Source of the DNA: an uncultured Alphaproteobacteria bacterium
Lineage (GTDB): Bacteria; Pseudomonadota; Alphaproteobacteria; RF32; CAG-239
Assembly: GCA_944391505.1 (NCBI GenBank)
Contig: CALXTV010000001.1
Span: 203,952 to 267,951, forward strand
Direction of reading: 5' to 3'
DNA: 64,000 nt
The position numbers and the translations under genes were made by a program. The notes below the pieces were generated by a model, which saw only the letters and a list, made by a program, of their open reading frames with translations, was not told the DNA's origin and did not search any database. Shown here piece by piece: positions 1 through 9,122 of this stretch (the stretch's first letter is position 1; every line of letters begins with the position of its first letter).

Positions 1-304
1 ATTCTCCGAACGGCCGCGCATCTTCCGCAAAATAGTTAATATCCTGCTCATATCTCCGCAAACCCTCATTCAACATAAATTCAATGCCGGTTTCTTCAAA
101 AAGCTTGCGAAACAAACAACCGCGAAAATCTTCGCGCCGGTCGGCCGCCCCGCCCGGAAATTCGGGAACGGTTACCTGTGGCGGATAAGTTACCAACACC
201 TTGTCGTCTTTTAATAAAATCGCAAAGTAACCCTTTTGCTCAAACGGAATAACATCGTCGGCATATTTTTCTCTTCCTTTGCGATCATAAAAGACTTCAA
301 CCAT
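1..304 (-). CDS. NUDIX hydrolase family protein, N-terminal part (gene runs off the window edge)
   Basis: Minus-strand ATG at 304..302. My translation reads MVEVFYDRKGREKYADDVIPFEQKGYFAILLKDD...FPGGAADRREDFRGCLFRKLFEETGIEF. It carries a near-consensus Nudix box (Gx5Ex7RExxEExG with one substitution). It overlaps the gmk stop by 8 nt (ATGGTTGA). It is absent from the ORF track because it is truncated by the window edge. Confidence 0.6.
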   Translation of the reverse strand, partial: MVEVFYDRKGREKYADDVIPFEQKGYFAILLKDDKVLVTYPPQVTVPEFPGGAADRREDFRGCLFRKLFEETGIEFMLNEGLRRYEQDINYFAEDARPFGE

Positions 305-959
305 TTTCGGCTTCCTTGATAAGTTCGTTTACAAAACCTTTTAACCCGACCTGACGAACCCTTTTCATTCTCTCGCCGGAAATAATTTTCTGAACCTTGG
401 TAACCGTTTCCTCAAGATTAACGTTAACGATAACATAATCAAATTCGTCCCAGTGGCTTATTTTATCCATAATTATGCTCATGCGTTTGTTAATAACCTC
501 CTGAGAATCCGTACCGCGGTTTTCCAGCCGGCGACGCAGTTCCTTGATGGAGGGTGGCAACAGATAAATCGAAACCACGTCAGAACCCGCTTTTTCACGC
601 ATCTGGCGGGCACCTGCCCAATCCATGTCAAACATCACGTCCTGCCCAATGTTAATAAAACTGTCCACTTCCGAACGCAAAGTGCCGTAACGGTCGCCGT
701 ATTGAGATTCGACATGCTCATAAAAAGCGTCCTGTTCCAAAAACTTGTCATATTGCTCATTGGTAACGTAATAATAATCAACGCCGTCAACCTCATTTTC
801 ACGAGGTTTGCGGGTTGTAACCGAAACTGAAAATTTTATATTGCTGTCTCTTTTCAAAATTTCCTTTACAACGGCACTTTTTCCGGTTCCTGACGGTGCC
901 TCAATGATAAACATTGCCCCGCGGCGAACCTTCTTCAATCTGTTGATGATTTCATTCAT
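297..959 (-). CDS. gmk: guanylate kinase
   Basis: 220 aa. P-loop GTGKS. Typical Gmk length. Sits in the conserved yicC–gmk arrangement. Confidence 0.93.
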   Translation of the reverse strand: MNEIINRLKKVRRGAMFIIEAPSGTGKSAVVKEILKRDSNIKFSVSVTTRKPRENEVDGVDYYYVTNEQYDKFLEQDAFYEHVESQYGDRYGTLRSEVDSFINIGQDVMFDMDWAGARQMREKAGSDVVSIYLLPPSIKELRRRLENRGTDSQEVINKRMSIIMDKISHWDEFDYVIVNVNLEETVTKVQKIISGERMKRVRQVGLKGFVNELIKEAENG

Positions 960-964
960 AAACG

Positions 965-1867
965 TTACTCCACATTCTGAACCTGTTCACGAAACTGCTC
1001 AATCAAAGTTTTCAGTTCCATGCCCAGATTGGTTATTTCAATATCACACGATTTTGAGCAGGTTGTATTGGCTTCACGATTAAGTTCCTGACACAAAAAG
1101 TCAAGTCGTCTGCCGACTGCTTCGCCTGACTCCAAAAGATGCCTCGCCGTTTTTATATGCGCTTTAAGACGATCGACTTCTTCACGAATATCCGCACGGG
1201 CCACATACAGACAAACCTCCTGCACCAGCCTGTCTTCGGAAATCTGGCTGTCAGCGCTTAACAACTCTTTTATAAACCTGTTCAAACGTTCTTTAAGCTT
1301 CTGCGGCAGAATTTCCGCAATAACCTCTATTTTTCCGACACGCTCCGCAATTTTATCCAAAATATCGGTCAGAGCACTGCCTATTTTTTCCCCTTCGGCC
1401 CTTCGATCCAGCAGCAATTTTTCGCAGACGAATTCAAATCCCTTTTTGACATCTTCAATCAGCAGAATTTCTTCTTCTTCGCTCAATTTGTTTTCCGCCG
1501 TTTCCACAACGCCTCTTATCGACAGTATCTCACCCGGCGAAGGTTTCTTCATCTGTTCGGGATATTTCGCATAAACGGCAACGGCCTTTTCGGCCAGTTG
1601 TTCCAGCAGTTCCTCATTAATTTTTACCTTGTTCTCTCCGTCAAGTTCAACTTCCAGATAAACACTGACACTGCCCCGGGAAAAATACTCTGCCGCTTTG
1701 TTTTTAATAAACATCGACAAGCCTTCCAAACGGGACGGCAGTTTGGTCTTGATGTCAAGAGATTTGCCGTTGACGCTTTTCACTTCAAAAAACCAGTCAC
1801 AGCGCTTTTTTTCAAAAACGACCGCTCCTTCGGTTCTTGCAAAACCGGTCATACTGGATACGGACAA
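965..1867 (-). CDS. yicC: YicC-family stress-induced protein
   Basis: 300 aa, coiled-coil rich with a C-terminal YicC-like region. Immediately upstream of gmk, as in many proteobacteria. Confidence 0.8.
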   Translation of the reverse strand: MSVSSMTGFARTEGAVVFEKKRCDWFFEVKSVNGKSLDIKTKLPSRLEGLSMFIKNKAAEYFSRGSVSVYLEVELDGENKVKINEELLEQLAEKAVAVYAKYPEQMKKPSPGEILSIRGVVETAENKLSEEEEILLIEDVKKGFEFVCEKLLLDRRAEGEKIGSALTDILDKIAERVGKIEVIAEILPQKLKERLNRFIKELLSADSQISEDRLVQEVCLYVARADIREEVDRLKAHIKTARHLLESGEAVGRRLDFLCQELNREANTTCSKSCDIEITNLGMELKTLIEQFREQVQNVE

Positions 1868-1947
1868 AATAACTCTCCTTTTTACTTTAATTTAATAACC
1901 TGAGTATAAAATCAAATACTTAATAATACTTTACCAGAGAGGGCAAA

Positions 1948-2706
1948 ATGACAAAAAAGAAAAATATTCTCATTACCGGTGCTTCTTCAGGCATCGGCGA
2001 AGCGCTCGCCAAGCATTATGCCATTACCGGTGCCGGAACGCTCTTTCTCTCCGGACGCAACGGTCAACGCCTTGAAACCGTAAAAAACACCTGCGAAAGA
2101 TACAATGTCAAAGTTTATGCCGAAACAATCGACGTAACCGACCGCGCGGCCGTAGCCGACTGGATAAAAAGATGCGAAGAAATTGCACCTCTGAATATTG
2201 TTTATGCCAACGCCGGCGTCGCCACAATCGAAGAAACTCCCGAAAATATATACAACACATTTAATACCAATGTGTTTGGTGTCCTAAACACGTTGCTTCC
2301 GGCCGTCGAGATATTCAAAAACCGCCGTGACAAAAACAAAACGCTGGTTATAACTTCTTCCGTTGCCGGATATCACGGTCTGCCGTCCTGCCCGTCTTAC
2401 AGTGCTTCCAAAGCCTGTGTCAAGGCCTATGGAGAAGCTCTGCGTTCTGATTTAAAGCCATTCAACATTCAGGTCAGCGTCGTTTGTCCCGGTTTCGTAA
2501 AATCGCGAATAACCGATAAAAACACCTGTCCGATGCCTTTCTTCATGTCTGCCGAAAAAGCGGCAAAAATCATTGTGGAAAGAGTAGAAAAGAATGTCGG
2601 ACTGATAGCTTTTCCCTGGCCGATGCGGCTCGCTGTATGGTTTTTGTCAGCACTGCCAAATTGCGTTAGTGATTTTATTTATGCCCGGCTGCCGCATAAA
2701 GTTTAA
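1948..2706 (+). CDS. short-chain dehydrogenase/reductase (SDR) family oxidoreductase
   Basis: N-terminal TGASSGIGEA Rossmann motif and a YxxxK-type catalytic region (SASKACVKAYGE). 252 aa. Confidence 0.85.
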   Translation: MTKKKNILITGASSGIGEALAKHYAITGAGTLFLSGRNGQRLETVKNTCERYNVKVYAETIDVTDRAAVADWIKRCEEIAPLNIVYANAGVATIEETPENIYNTFNTNVFGVLNTLLPAVEIFKNRRDKNKTLVITSSVAGYHGLPSCPSYSASKACVKAYGEALRSDLKPFNIQVSVVCPGFVKSRITDKNTCPMPFFMSAEKAAKIIVERVEKNVGLIAFPWPMRLAVWFLSALPNCVSDFIYARLPHKV

Positions 2707-2799
2707 CCCATGGAAAATCCAGGATTAGATACAATTTGTTTTGTCATACTGGAAATTATTCTGGTTTCCGGGGCTTTTTACCTGCGCAACAAATAAAAA

Positions 2800-3489
2800 T
2801 CAGGAAAGCCAGACCGCATCTTTGATTTTGTTTTCCAAAAAGGCCTTATGCGTCTCAAGCTCTTCTGCCGTCGGCGGAAAAGAACGCGGCTCCCGATAAA
2901 CTTTATCTTCATGACTATCAAAGCTGACCGTCGTTTTGGTTCCTTTTTTTTCTTCCAACCCCATAGTCGGTTCTTCGCCGCCCATCAGCTCCAGATATAC
3001 TTTGGCCAGCAGCTCAGCGTCCAGCAGCGCGCCGTGATTGGTACGGCTGCTGTTATCAACACCGAACCTTTTGCACAAAGCGTCCAAATTGTTTCTGGCA
3101 CCCGGAAACATACTGCGGGCAATTTCCAACGTATCGACAACCCTGTCCCAGGACAACGTCGGCTTGCCGAGCTGCTTTAGTTCATAGTTGACAAAGTTAA
3201 TGTCGAATTGAGCATTATGCGCAACCAAAACACTGTCTTCGCCGATAAATTCCAGCCAATCGTCGGCCACCTTGTCAAAAGTCGGAAAATCTTTCAAAAA
3301 ATCATAAGACAAACCATGAACTTTATATGCTTCTTCGGGAACTTCCTTTTCCGGGTTAATATACTGATGGTAGGTTTTTCCGGTCGGAATATGGTTAATC
3401 AGCTCCACAGCGCCGATTTCAACCAGACGTTCACCTTCCTCGGCGTTAAAACCCGTTGTTTCGGTATCAAAAACAATTTCCCTTACCAT
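2800..3489 (-). CDS. dnaQ: DNA polymerase III epsilon subunit (3'-5' proofreading exonuclease)
   Basis: FDTETTG exo I motif, HNAQFD exo II, HGALLDAELL exo III. 229 aa. Confidence 0.92.
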   Translation of the reverse strand: MVREIVFDTETTGFNAEEGERLVEIGAVELINHIPTGKTYHQYINPEKEVPEEAYKVHGLSYDFLKDFPTFDKVADDWLEFIGEDSVLVAHNAQFDINFVNYELKQLGKPTLSWDRVVDTLEIARSMFPGARNNLDALCKRFGVDNSSRTNHGALLDAELLAKVYLELMGGEEPTMGLEEKKGTKTTVSFDSHEDKVYREPRSFPPTAEELETHKAFLENKIKDAVWLS

Positions 3490-3490
3490 C

Positions 3491-4105
3491 TTAACATTCC
3501 AATCCGTCTATAATACTGATTAAATCCGTAAATATCTTATTTTTCGGCCGCCCGGTATCAATAACCACGTCTGCTAGTACAATTTTGTCGCGATTGCTCA
3601 TCTGAATATCATTAATCTTGTCAAAATCTTCGCCGGTAATATTGTCTCTCTTCATGACCCTTCTTTTTTGGGTTTCATAATCGACATCGGCAACGATAAT
3701 GCAGTCGCAATAAATATCCCAGCCCATTTCAAACAACAGGGCAACGTCCAGAAAATAAAGCTCGTCGCTTTTGGCATGCCGATGAATAACTTTTTTGAGA
3801 TATTGACGAAGAAAAGGATGAATCAGCCCTTCAAGCTCTTTAAGCCGGGCATTGTCATTAAAAACAATATTACGCAGTGCCCGTTTGTTAACTTTTCCGT
3901 CTTCGACAACTTTGGGAAAATGGCTTTCAATAACCCGGATAAAATTCTTTTTAAAATACAGTCTGCGTACCCAGCCGTCCACGTCGTAAACACAGTACCC
4001 CAAACGCCTGACCATGGAAGCCAGCGTTGTTTTTCCGCAGCCTATGGAGCCGGTGATAGCCACAAGTTTCATAAAAAAATCCTCAGATTCAAAACCTTGA
4101 CTCAC
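3491..4105 (-). CDS. coaE: dephospho-CoA kinase
   Basis: ITGSIGCGKTT P-loop at the N-terminus. 204 aa. 1-nt gap to dnaQ. Confidence 0.9.
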   Translation of the reverse strand: MSQGFESEDFFMKLVAITGSIGCGKTTLASMVRRLGYCVYDVDGWVRRLYFKKNFIRVIESHFPKVVEDGKVNKRALRNIVFNDNARLKELEGLIHPFLRQYLKKVIHRHAKSDELYFLDVALLFEMGWDIYCDCIIVADVDYETQKRRVMKRDNITGEDFDKINDIQMSNRDKIVLADVVIDTGRPKNKIFTDLISIIDGLEC

Positions 4106-4602
4106 TTATGCACAAAAACACGTTTGGCTGTGTATAAATAAGCCTCCTGAGATATTTATATAGATTAATCACCACAAAGTAAAATCTAATATACAACTTT
4201 ACTAACAGGTGGATAACTTTAGGCACAGAGGTTGATAAAAACACTTATCAACAAAAAGCCCTTTTTCCGGTTTACAAAATCAGCAAAAATAAAATTAACG
4301 ATTCGTTAATCATGCTTAATTTTCGTTAACAAATTTATTAACACATTTTTAACTTCTGGATATTTCTGTTCAAAAATAATAATCCACATTTGCCGCAGGG
4401 ATATACCAATAACTACTAAACTTTTTAAAATTTATTATAGAGAGGTTTGACTGTGCATAAAAATCAGACAACATTTAATTGACTTTACCTTATTTAAATC
4501 ATATAAAATAACCACGCATTAATTCTGCAAAGTAACAATGCAGAGGGGTTCTTCCCTCACCTTCACTTACATATACACATCAAATACATATTCAAGGTCA
4601 CA

Positions 4603-5856
4603 ATGCATTTAAAAGATTTAAAGCAAAAATCTCCCAAAGAGTTGCTAACTCAGGCGGAGGAACTGGGAATTGAAGACGCATCTTCCATGCGTGTTCAGGA
4701 TTTGATTTTCGCCATCATGAAAAAAGTTGCTTCCGACGACCAGACCATTTACGGCGAAGGAACCATCGAAGTTCTGCAGGATGGTTTTGGTTTTCTGCGC
4801 TCTGCGGAATCAAATTATCTGGCCAGTCCCGATGATATTTATGTTTCACCCTCACAGGTTAAAAAATTCGGCCTGCGCACCGGTGATACCGTTGAAGGCG
4901 AAATCCGCGGCCCAAAAGACAACGAACGCTATTTTGCCTTAACCAAAATCAATACGATTAATTTTGAAGATCCGGAAAAATCCAAACTGCGTGTCAATTT
5001 CGACAACCTTACGCCGCTTTATCCGACCAAAAAGCTTGATTTTGACATCATCTGCGGCGAGAAGGACTATACCACCCGCATTATCGATCTGATTGCCCCG
5101 CAGGGCAAGGGACAGCGCGGATTGATTGTTGCGCCGCCGCGTACCGGTAAAACCGTCATGCTGCAGAATATTGCTCATGCTATTGCCACCAATCACCCCG
5201 AAGTTTATCTGATGGTGCTTTTAATTGACGAACGACCGGAAGAAGTTACCGATATGAGCCGCTCGGTCAAGGGAGAAGTCATTTCTTCCACTTTTGACGA
5301 ACCGGCTGCCCGCCATGTCCAGGTTGCCGAAATGGTTATCGAAAAAGCCAAACGTCTGGTTGAAACCAAAAAAGACGTTGTTATTCTGCTCGATTCCATA
5401 ACCCGTCTCGGCCGCGCATACAACACGGTTATTCCTTCGTCCGGAAAAGTGCTTACCGGCGGTGTCGATGCCAATGCTCTGCAGCGTCCGAAGCGTCTGC
5501 TTGGTGCTGCGCGCAATGTTGAAGAAGGCGGTTCGCTGACCATCATTGCTACGGCGCTTATCGATACCGGTTCGCGTATGGACGAAGTTATTTTTGAAGA
5601 GTTCAAGGGTACCGGCAACTCTGAAATCATCTTGGATCGCAAACTGACCGACAAACGTTTGTTCCCGACCATTGATATTACCCGTTCCGGTACGCGTAAG
5701 GAGGAACTGCTGGTGGATAAGGCTACGCTTTCCAAAATGTGGGTTCTGCGCCGTGTTCTGATGCAAATGGGTATGACTGACGGCATGGAATTTCTGCTCG
5801 ATAAATTGCGTTTATCCAAAGACAATCAGGATTTCTTTAATACCATGAACTCTTGA
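4603..5856 (+). CDS. rho: transcription termination factor Rho
   Basis: 417 aa. N-terminal OB/RNA-binding region and RecA-like ATPase with PPRTGKT Walker A. Long ~500-nt leader upstream, typical for rho. Confidence 0.96.
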   Translation: MHLKDLKQKSPKELLTQAEELGIEDASSMRVQDLIFAIMKKVASDDQTIYGEGTIEVLQDGFGFLRSAESNYLASPDDIYVSPSQVKKFGLRTGDTVEGEIRGPKDNERYFALTKINTINFEDPEKSKLRVNFDNLTPLYPTKKLDFDIICGEKDYTTRIIDLIAPQGKGQRGLIVAPPRTGKTVMLQNIAHAIATNHPEVYLMVLLIDERPEEVTDMSRSVKGEVISSTFDEPAARHVQVAEMVIEKAKRLVETKKDVVILLDSITRLGRAYNTVIPSSGKVLTGGVDANALQRPKRLLGAARNVEEGGSLTIIATALIDTGSRMDEVIFEEFKGTGNSEIILDRKLTDKRLFPTIDITRSGTRKEELLVDKATLSKMWVLRRVLMQMGMTDGMEFLLDKLRLSKDNQDFFNTMNS

Positions 5857-5882
5857 TAACGATAAAATGCCAAAATCCCTCT

Positions 5883-5912
5883 GCAAAGAGGGATTTTTTT
5901 TGAAAAATAAAT
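5883..5912 (+). terminator. intrinsic terminator downstream of rho
   Basis: Stem ATCCCTCT / AGAGGGAT with GCAA loop, followed by T8 (5905..5912). Confidence 0.8.
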
Positions 5913-5930
5913 TAAATATATTGACAAAAT

Positions 5931-5960
5931 TTTTCTGTCATTATTATACTGACTTAGTTT
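5931..5960 (+). promoter_or_regulatory. sigma70-like promoter (TTGACA – 17/18 nt – TATACT)
   Basis: -35 TTGACA at 5931..5936 and -10 TTATAC/TATACT at 5954..5960. Positioned ~20 nt upstream of the mini-ORF at 5983. Confidence 0.5.
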
Positions 5961-5982
5961 TAACGCAAACATAAGGCGAAAA

Positions 5983-6111
5983 ATGTCTTTTTTAGGCAAA
6001 ACATATAAACTCTTTCCTCTTTCCGCAGCTTTCGGCTCGGAAATTTTCGCCGTTATTCTTGCAAAATCTCTTCTAATCAGCATTTTGCTTTTGTTGATTA
6101 TGAACCTCTGA
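5983..6111 (+). CDS. small hydrophobic peptide (42 aa), candidate leader or type-I-toxin-like peptide
   Basis: ATG at 5983 with AAGG 7 nt upstream. My translation is MSFLGKTYKLFPLSAAFGSEIFAVILAKSLLISILLLLIMNL, a single predicted TM helix. Below the 60-aa ORF-track cutoff. Its 3' end lies in a 23-bp direct repeat. Confidence 0.35.
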   Translation: MSFLGKTYKLFPLSAAFGSEIFAVILAKSLLISILLLLIMNL

Positions 6112-6356
6112 GCACTTTTATCGGTAAAATAAAGCTTGGGTGCTTGGAGGATGAAAATCAACAGGCTTTAGGCTTTTTTGAGTTAATTATCAGGATTTTG
6201 CAAACATGAAGACAAACAACCAATTACAAAATAAAGATTTTGTTCTTTCGAAGGTTCTGCTGCTTATGAGCCTCTGATTGCTTTTGGTAATTCGGCAGTC
6301 AGAGGATAAACGCAAAATTACAAGCAGATTAACCTTTAAATCAAAAGAGAAATAAA

Positions 6357-8192
6357 ATGAGCAAATACAGTCAGGCGGTCATCGCCAAAAAACCCGAATT
6401 TTCCTACCTTGATACCGATGCCCCGTTAAGAAACACTTACGGAGACGGCACCGTCAATACCTACAATCCGCAGATTTTTCCTTATGCCGAAAGTTTTATG
6501 CGTACAATTCTGAAACGTGTTAACGATACCTATGCCGCCGTTGTTGAAGACGAACACCGGCAAATGCTTTGCCGAGAGCTTTATAGGCAGTTGAAACATG
6601 ATTTCCGCTTTGATTTTTCCGATCACCTCGGACCGATGCGTCAGCGTGACAAACGCGGCGCCGAAGCTGTTGTTGAAGAGAATGATTATAATATGTTCCA
6701 TTCCTGTTATAAGTTTGTCAATCAGGCAGCACGGGCGCATAGTTTTGGCGAAAAGTTCAACCTGTCGCTGATGTCCGGCCGTGTCAATACCGACAATCAG
6801 ACCGGTCCGGAAATTTGTGATCCTTTTGTTTTTGGGCCGCCGCTTTATCTCTACAGCAAAATTTATCCGAAAGTTGTCGCCATGACTTTGCCCGGTTTTG
6901 ACACGCCTGAAAAAATATCGGCACTCAAAGCACATGAAAAAGAAATGAAAAAAGATATGTTTGCCAAAAAATCTTTGGCGGCAAAAGCTCTGAAGGCCCG
7001 CTGGCATCATCTGATAAATAAGGAATTTATGCCGCAGAATATGGAATTTAAGGACTTAAGCATAAATACCGTCAAGGCTCTTTCCGAACTGCACAAAGAT
7101 GTTTTGACCGAGTTTTCCGCTCAGGTTGAGCAACAGTTTCAAAATGATGTCCGTATGTTGAAAAAAATAATGAAACTGCTGGATAAACAGATGACCTACA
7201 ATAAGGCTAAAGGAACGCCGGAAAATGAATTGGCCTCGTTGCAGTTGGCGTCCGTCCATGCCATGCAGGCCAACGATTTGCTGAAGAACAGTTCGGTAAT
7301 TCAGGTCAGTATTGAAGCAGAAAAGCCGATATTTGCTTTTATGGCCGATGTTCTTGATAATCCGCAGTCGCTTACTGCACGGATTTTTGACAATCCGCAA
7401 ACCCGAACAGTTTTTGAAACTGAAATGAAAAAAATTCATACGACCAAATCGGACAGTAAGTATACGCATCTGCTTGATCATATGGTACCGGCCGGTTCGG
7501 GAAAAATGCCGGCCTATGCCAAAATGCTCGGCGACGAATACGGCGAAGAAATGAACAGAAAACAAATTGCCGAAGCTTTGCGCAGCGGCGAAGCAATGCC
7601 TAAAGTTTCGTTTATGCTGGCCGTTGTTTTGCTGGAAACCGGTGCCAAAATCGAGGGGGGCAGTTCGCAGATTGTTTATGCCCGCCGGATTAAAGAGGCT
7701 TTGGGAAAAGTTTTTGACGAAGCCGTGCGCCAGCCTGGTTTTGACCGGAAGGATATAGACGCCCGCCGCGCCGTAATTGAAAAATTTGATTACAGGACGG
7801 CACAGGCGCAAATCTGGGGTGTTAAAGAAAACGGCAATGTATTGGGTTACCGCGATTTAATCAACGGTAGCGTTAAAATAGATGACAACCTGCTCGATTC
7901 TGTTGCTTCTGTTTCTTCCCGTGCTGCTTTTGACGCTGCTTCCGTCCATCGTTTTTATTCTTTTGTGACCGGTGAACCGATGTCAGAAAATGAAAAGGCG
8001 GCACAGAAAGAAAGAGTTAAAGGAAACCTGCTTCGTTTTGCCGACAATGATGATTTTACCCGCATTTTAGCACCCGGCAGCACTTTTTACAAAAGACTGT
8101 CCATGATAATCAGAAATGATGAAAATGTTCTCGGCCGTCAGGCACAGAAGGCTTATGCTTTTAACAAATATCAGTCGGCGGCGGGATTCTGA
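6357..8192 (+). CDS. hypothetical protein, 611 aa, no signal peptide and no recognisable motif
   Basis: Long clean ORF preceded by AAAAGAGAAATAAAATG. Translationally coupled (2-nt gap) to the downstream S66 peptidase gene. I recognise no Walker, HExxH or other motif. Confidence 0.7.
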   Translation: MSKYSQAVIAKKPEFSYLDTDAPLRNTYGDGTVNTYNPQIFPYAESFMRTILKRVNDTYAAVVEDEHRQMLCRELYRQLKHDFRFDFSDHLGPMRQRDKRGAEAVVEENDYNMFHSCYKFVNQAARAHSFGEKFNLSLMSGRVNTDNQTGPEICDPFVFGPPLYLYSKIYPKVVAMTLPGFDTPEKISALKAHEKEMKKDMFAKKSLAAKALKARWHHLINKEFMPQNMEFKDLSINTVKALSELHKDVLTEFSAQVEQQFQNDVRMLKKIMKLLDKQMTYNKAKGTPENELASLQLASVHAMQANDLLKNSSVIQVSIEAEKPIFAFMADVLDNPQSLTARIFDNPQTRTVFETEMKKIHTTKSDSKYTHLLDHMVPAGSGKMPAYAKMLGDEYGEEMNRKQIAEALRSGEAMPKVSFMLAVVLLETGAKIEGGSSQIVYARRIKEALGKVFDEAVRQPGFDRKDIDARRAVIEKFDYRTAQAQIWGVKENGNVLGYRDLINGSVKIDDNLLDSVASVSSRAAFDAASVHRFYSFVTGEPMSENEKAAQKERVKGNLLRFADNDDFTRILAPGSTFYKRLSMIIRNDENVLGRQAQKAYAFNKYQSAAGF

Positions 8193-8194
8193 CA

Positions 8195-9082
8195 ATGACA
8201 AATAAAAAAATTGCCGTTATCTCGCCCTCTCTGCCTTTAAGCTCCGTTGATGAAATTGCACCGGCCTTAAACCGGTTGTCCGCTTCAGATATTGAAGTTG
8301 AGTTCTATTCCGGAACGGAAAAAATTGCTGCTTTTAACTGCGCCCAAAACGGAAATGCCGATTTGGTAATGGCTTCGCGCGGCGGTTTCAATTCGATTGA
8401 ACTTTTGCCGCAGATAGATTTTTCGACAATAAAAAAACCGCTTTGCGGTTATTCGGACATTACTGTGCTTTTGAATGCCTTACTGGCCAAAACCGGAAAA
8501 ACGCAGTTTCTAGGTCCCAACCTGAAAGCTCTTTGCGTTGATGTTAACGACTATACGCTCAAAAACTTTGTTTCCGTTGCTTTGCAGAATGAAAATACCC
8601 TTTACGAGCCGTCGGAAACTTATTTGGATACGCATGTTTCTAAAACGGATTTTCTTAAAAATCCCGGTTTGACGATTATTAACCCGGGTGTGGCGGAAGG
8701 ACGATTGGTCGGCGGCAATTTATGCAGTCAGATTATGCTTGCCGGCACCGAATATTATCCGGTTTTTGAAGAAATGATTGTTGTTGCCGAAGAAGACGAC
8801 TTGTGTGGTTTGCATACGGTTGATATGTTTTTGCGCAATCTTTGGGCGCTGTTTGAATATGATTTTGCCAAAAACATTAAGGGACTGATAATAGGTCGTT
8901 TTATGCAAAACAGTCGGGTTGATTTACCGGCCTTTGTGCAAAAACTGCAAAGTTTTGAACCTTTACAAAAAATTCCGGTAATTGCCGGTTTTGATACCGG
9001 ACATACATTACCGCAGTTTACGCTTCCTTTGGGACGAAAAGCCGTTCTCAATACCGAAACTTTTCCGCTTTTAAGTTTTTAA
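8195..9082 (+). CDS. S66-family peptidase (LD-carboxypeptidase LdcA / microcin C7 immunity MccF-like)
   Basis: 295 aa. Catalytic-Ser motif CGYSDITVLL, an acidic VVAEEDD region and a GFDTGHTLP His region, matching the Ser-Glu-His triad layout of S66. Confidence 0.8.
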   Translation: MTNKKIAVISPSLPLSSVDEIAPALNRLSASDIEVEFYSGTEKIAAFNCAQNGNADLVMASRGGFNSIELLPQIDFSTIKKPLCGYSDITVLLNALLAKTGKTQFLGPNLKALCVDVNDYTLKNFVSVALQNENTLYEPSETYLDTHVSKTDFLKNPGLTIINPGVAEGRLVGGNLCSQIMLAGTEYYPVFEEMIVVAEEDDLCGLHTVDMFLRNLWALFEYDFAKNIKGLIIGRFMQNSRVDLPAFVQKLQSFEPLQKIPVIAGFDTGHTLPQFTLPLGRKAVLNTETFPLLSF

Positions 9083-9122
9083 AATGCCAAACGCCGGCAG
9101 AATAACCGGCGTCTGGCAAAAG

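Noticed and set aside
4106-4602. Possible chromosomal replication origin in the AT-rich rho leader
   Set aside because: Only one good DnaA-box-like 9-mer plus inverted repeats. This is insufficient for an oriC call without GC-skew data and more boxes, so it is kept as a regulatory-motif observation only.
5826-6161. 111-aa minus-strand ORF in the rho–6357 intergenic region
   Set aside because: AT-rich, low-complexity translation with no RBS context. The region is better explained by a plus-strand promoter, mini-ORFs and a direct repeat.
6426-7811. Long antisense ORFs (194 aa, 251 aa) opposite the 611-aa gene, and similar antisense ORFs opposite rho, polA, gyrB, rpsA, gpmI and ctpA
   Set aside because: They are typical shadow ORFs of high-coding-density regions. 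They lack RBSs and sit opposite well-supported sense-strand genes.
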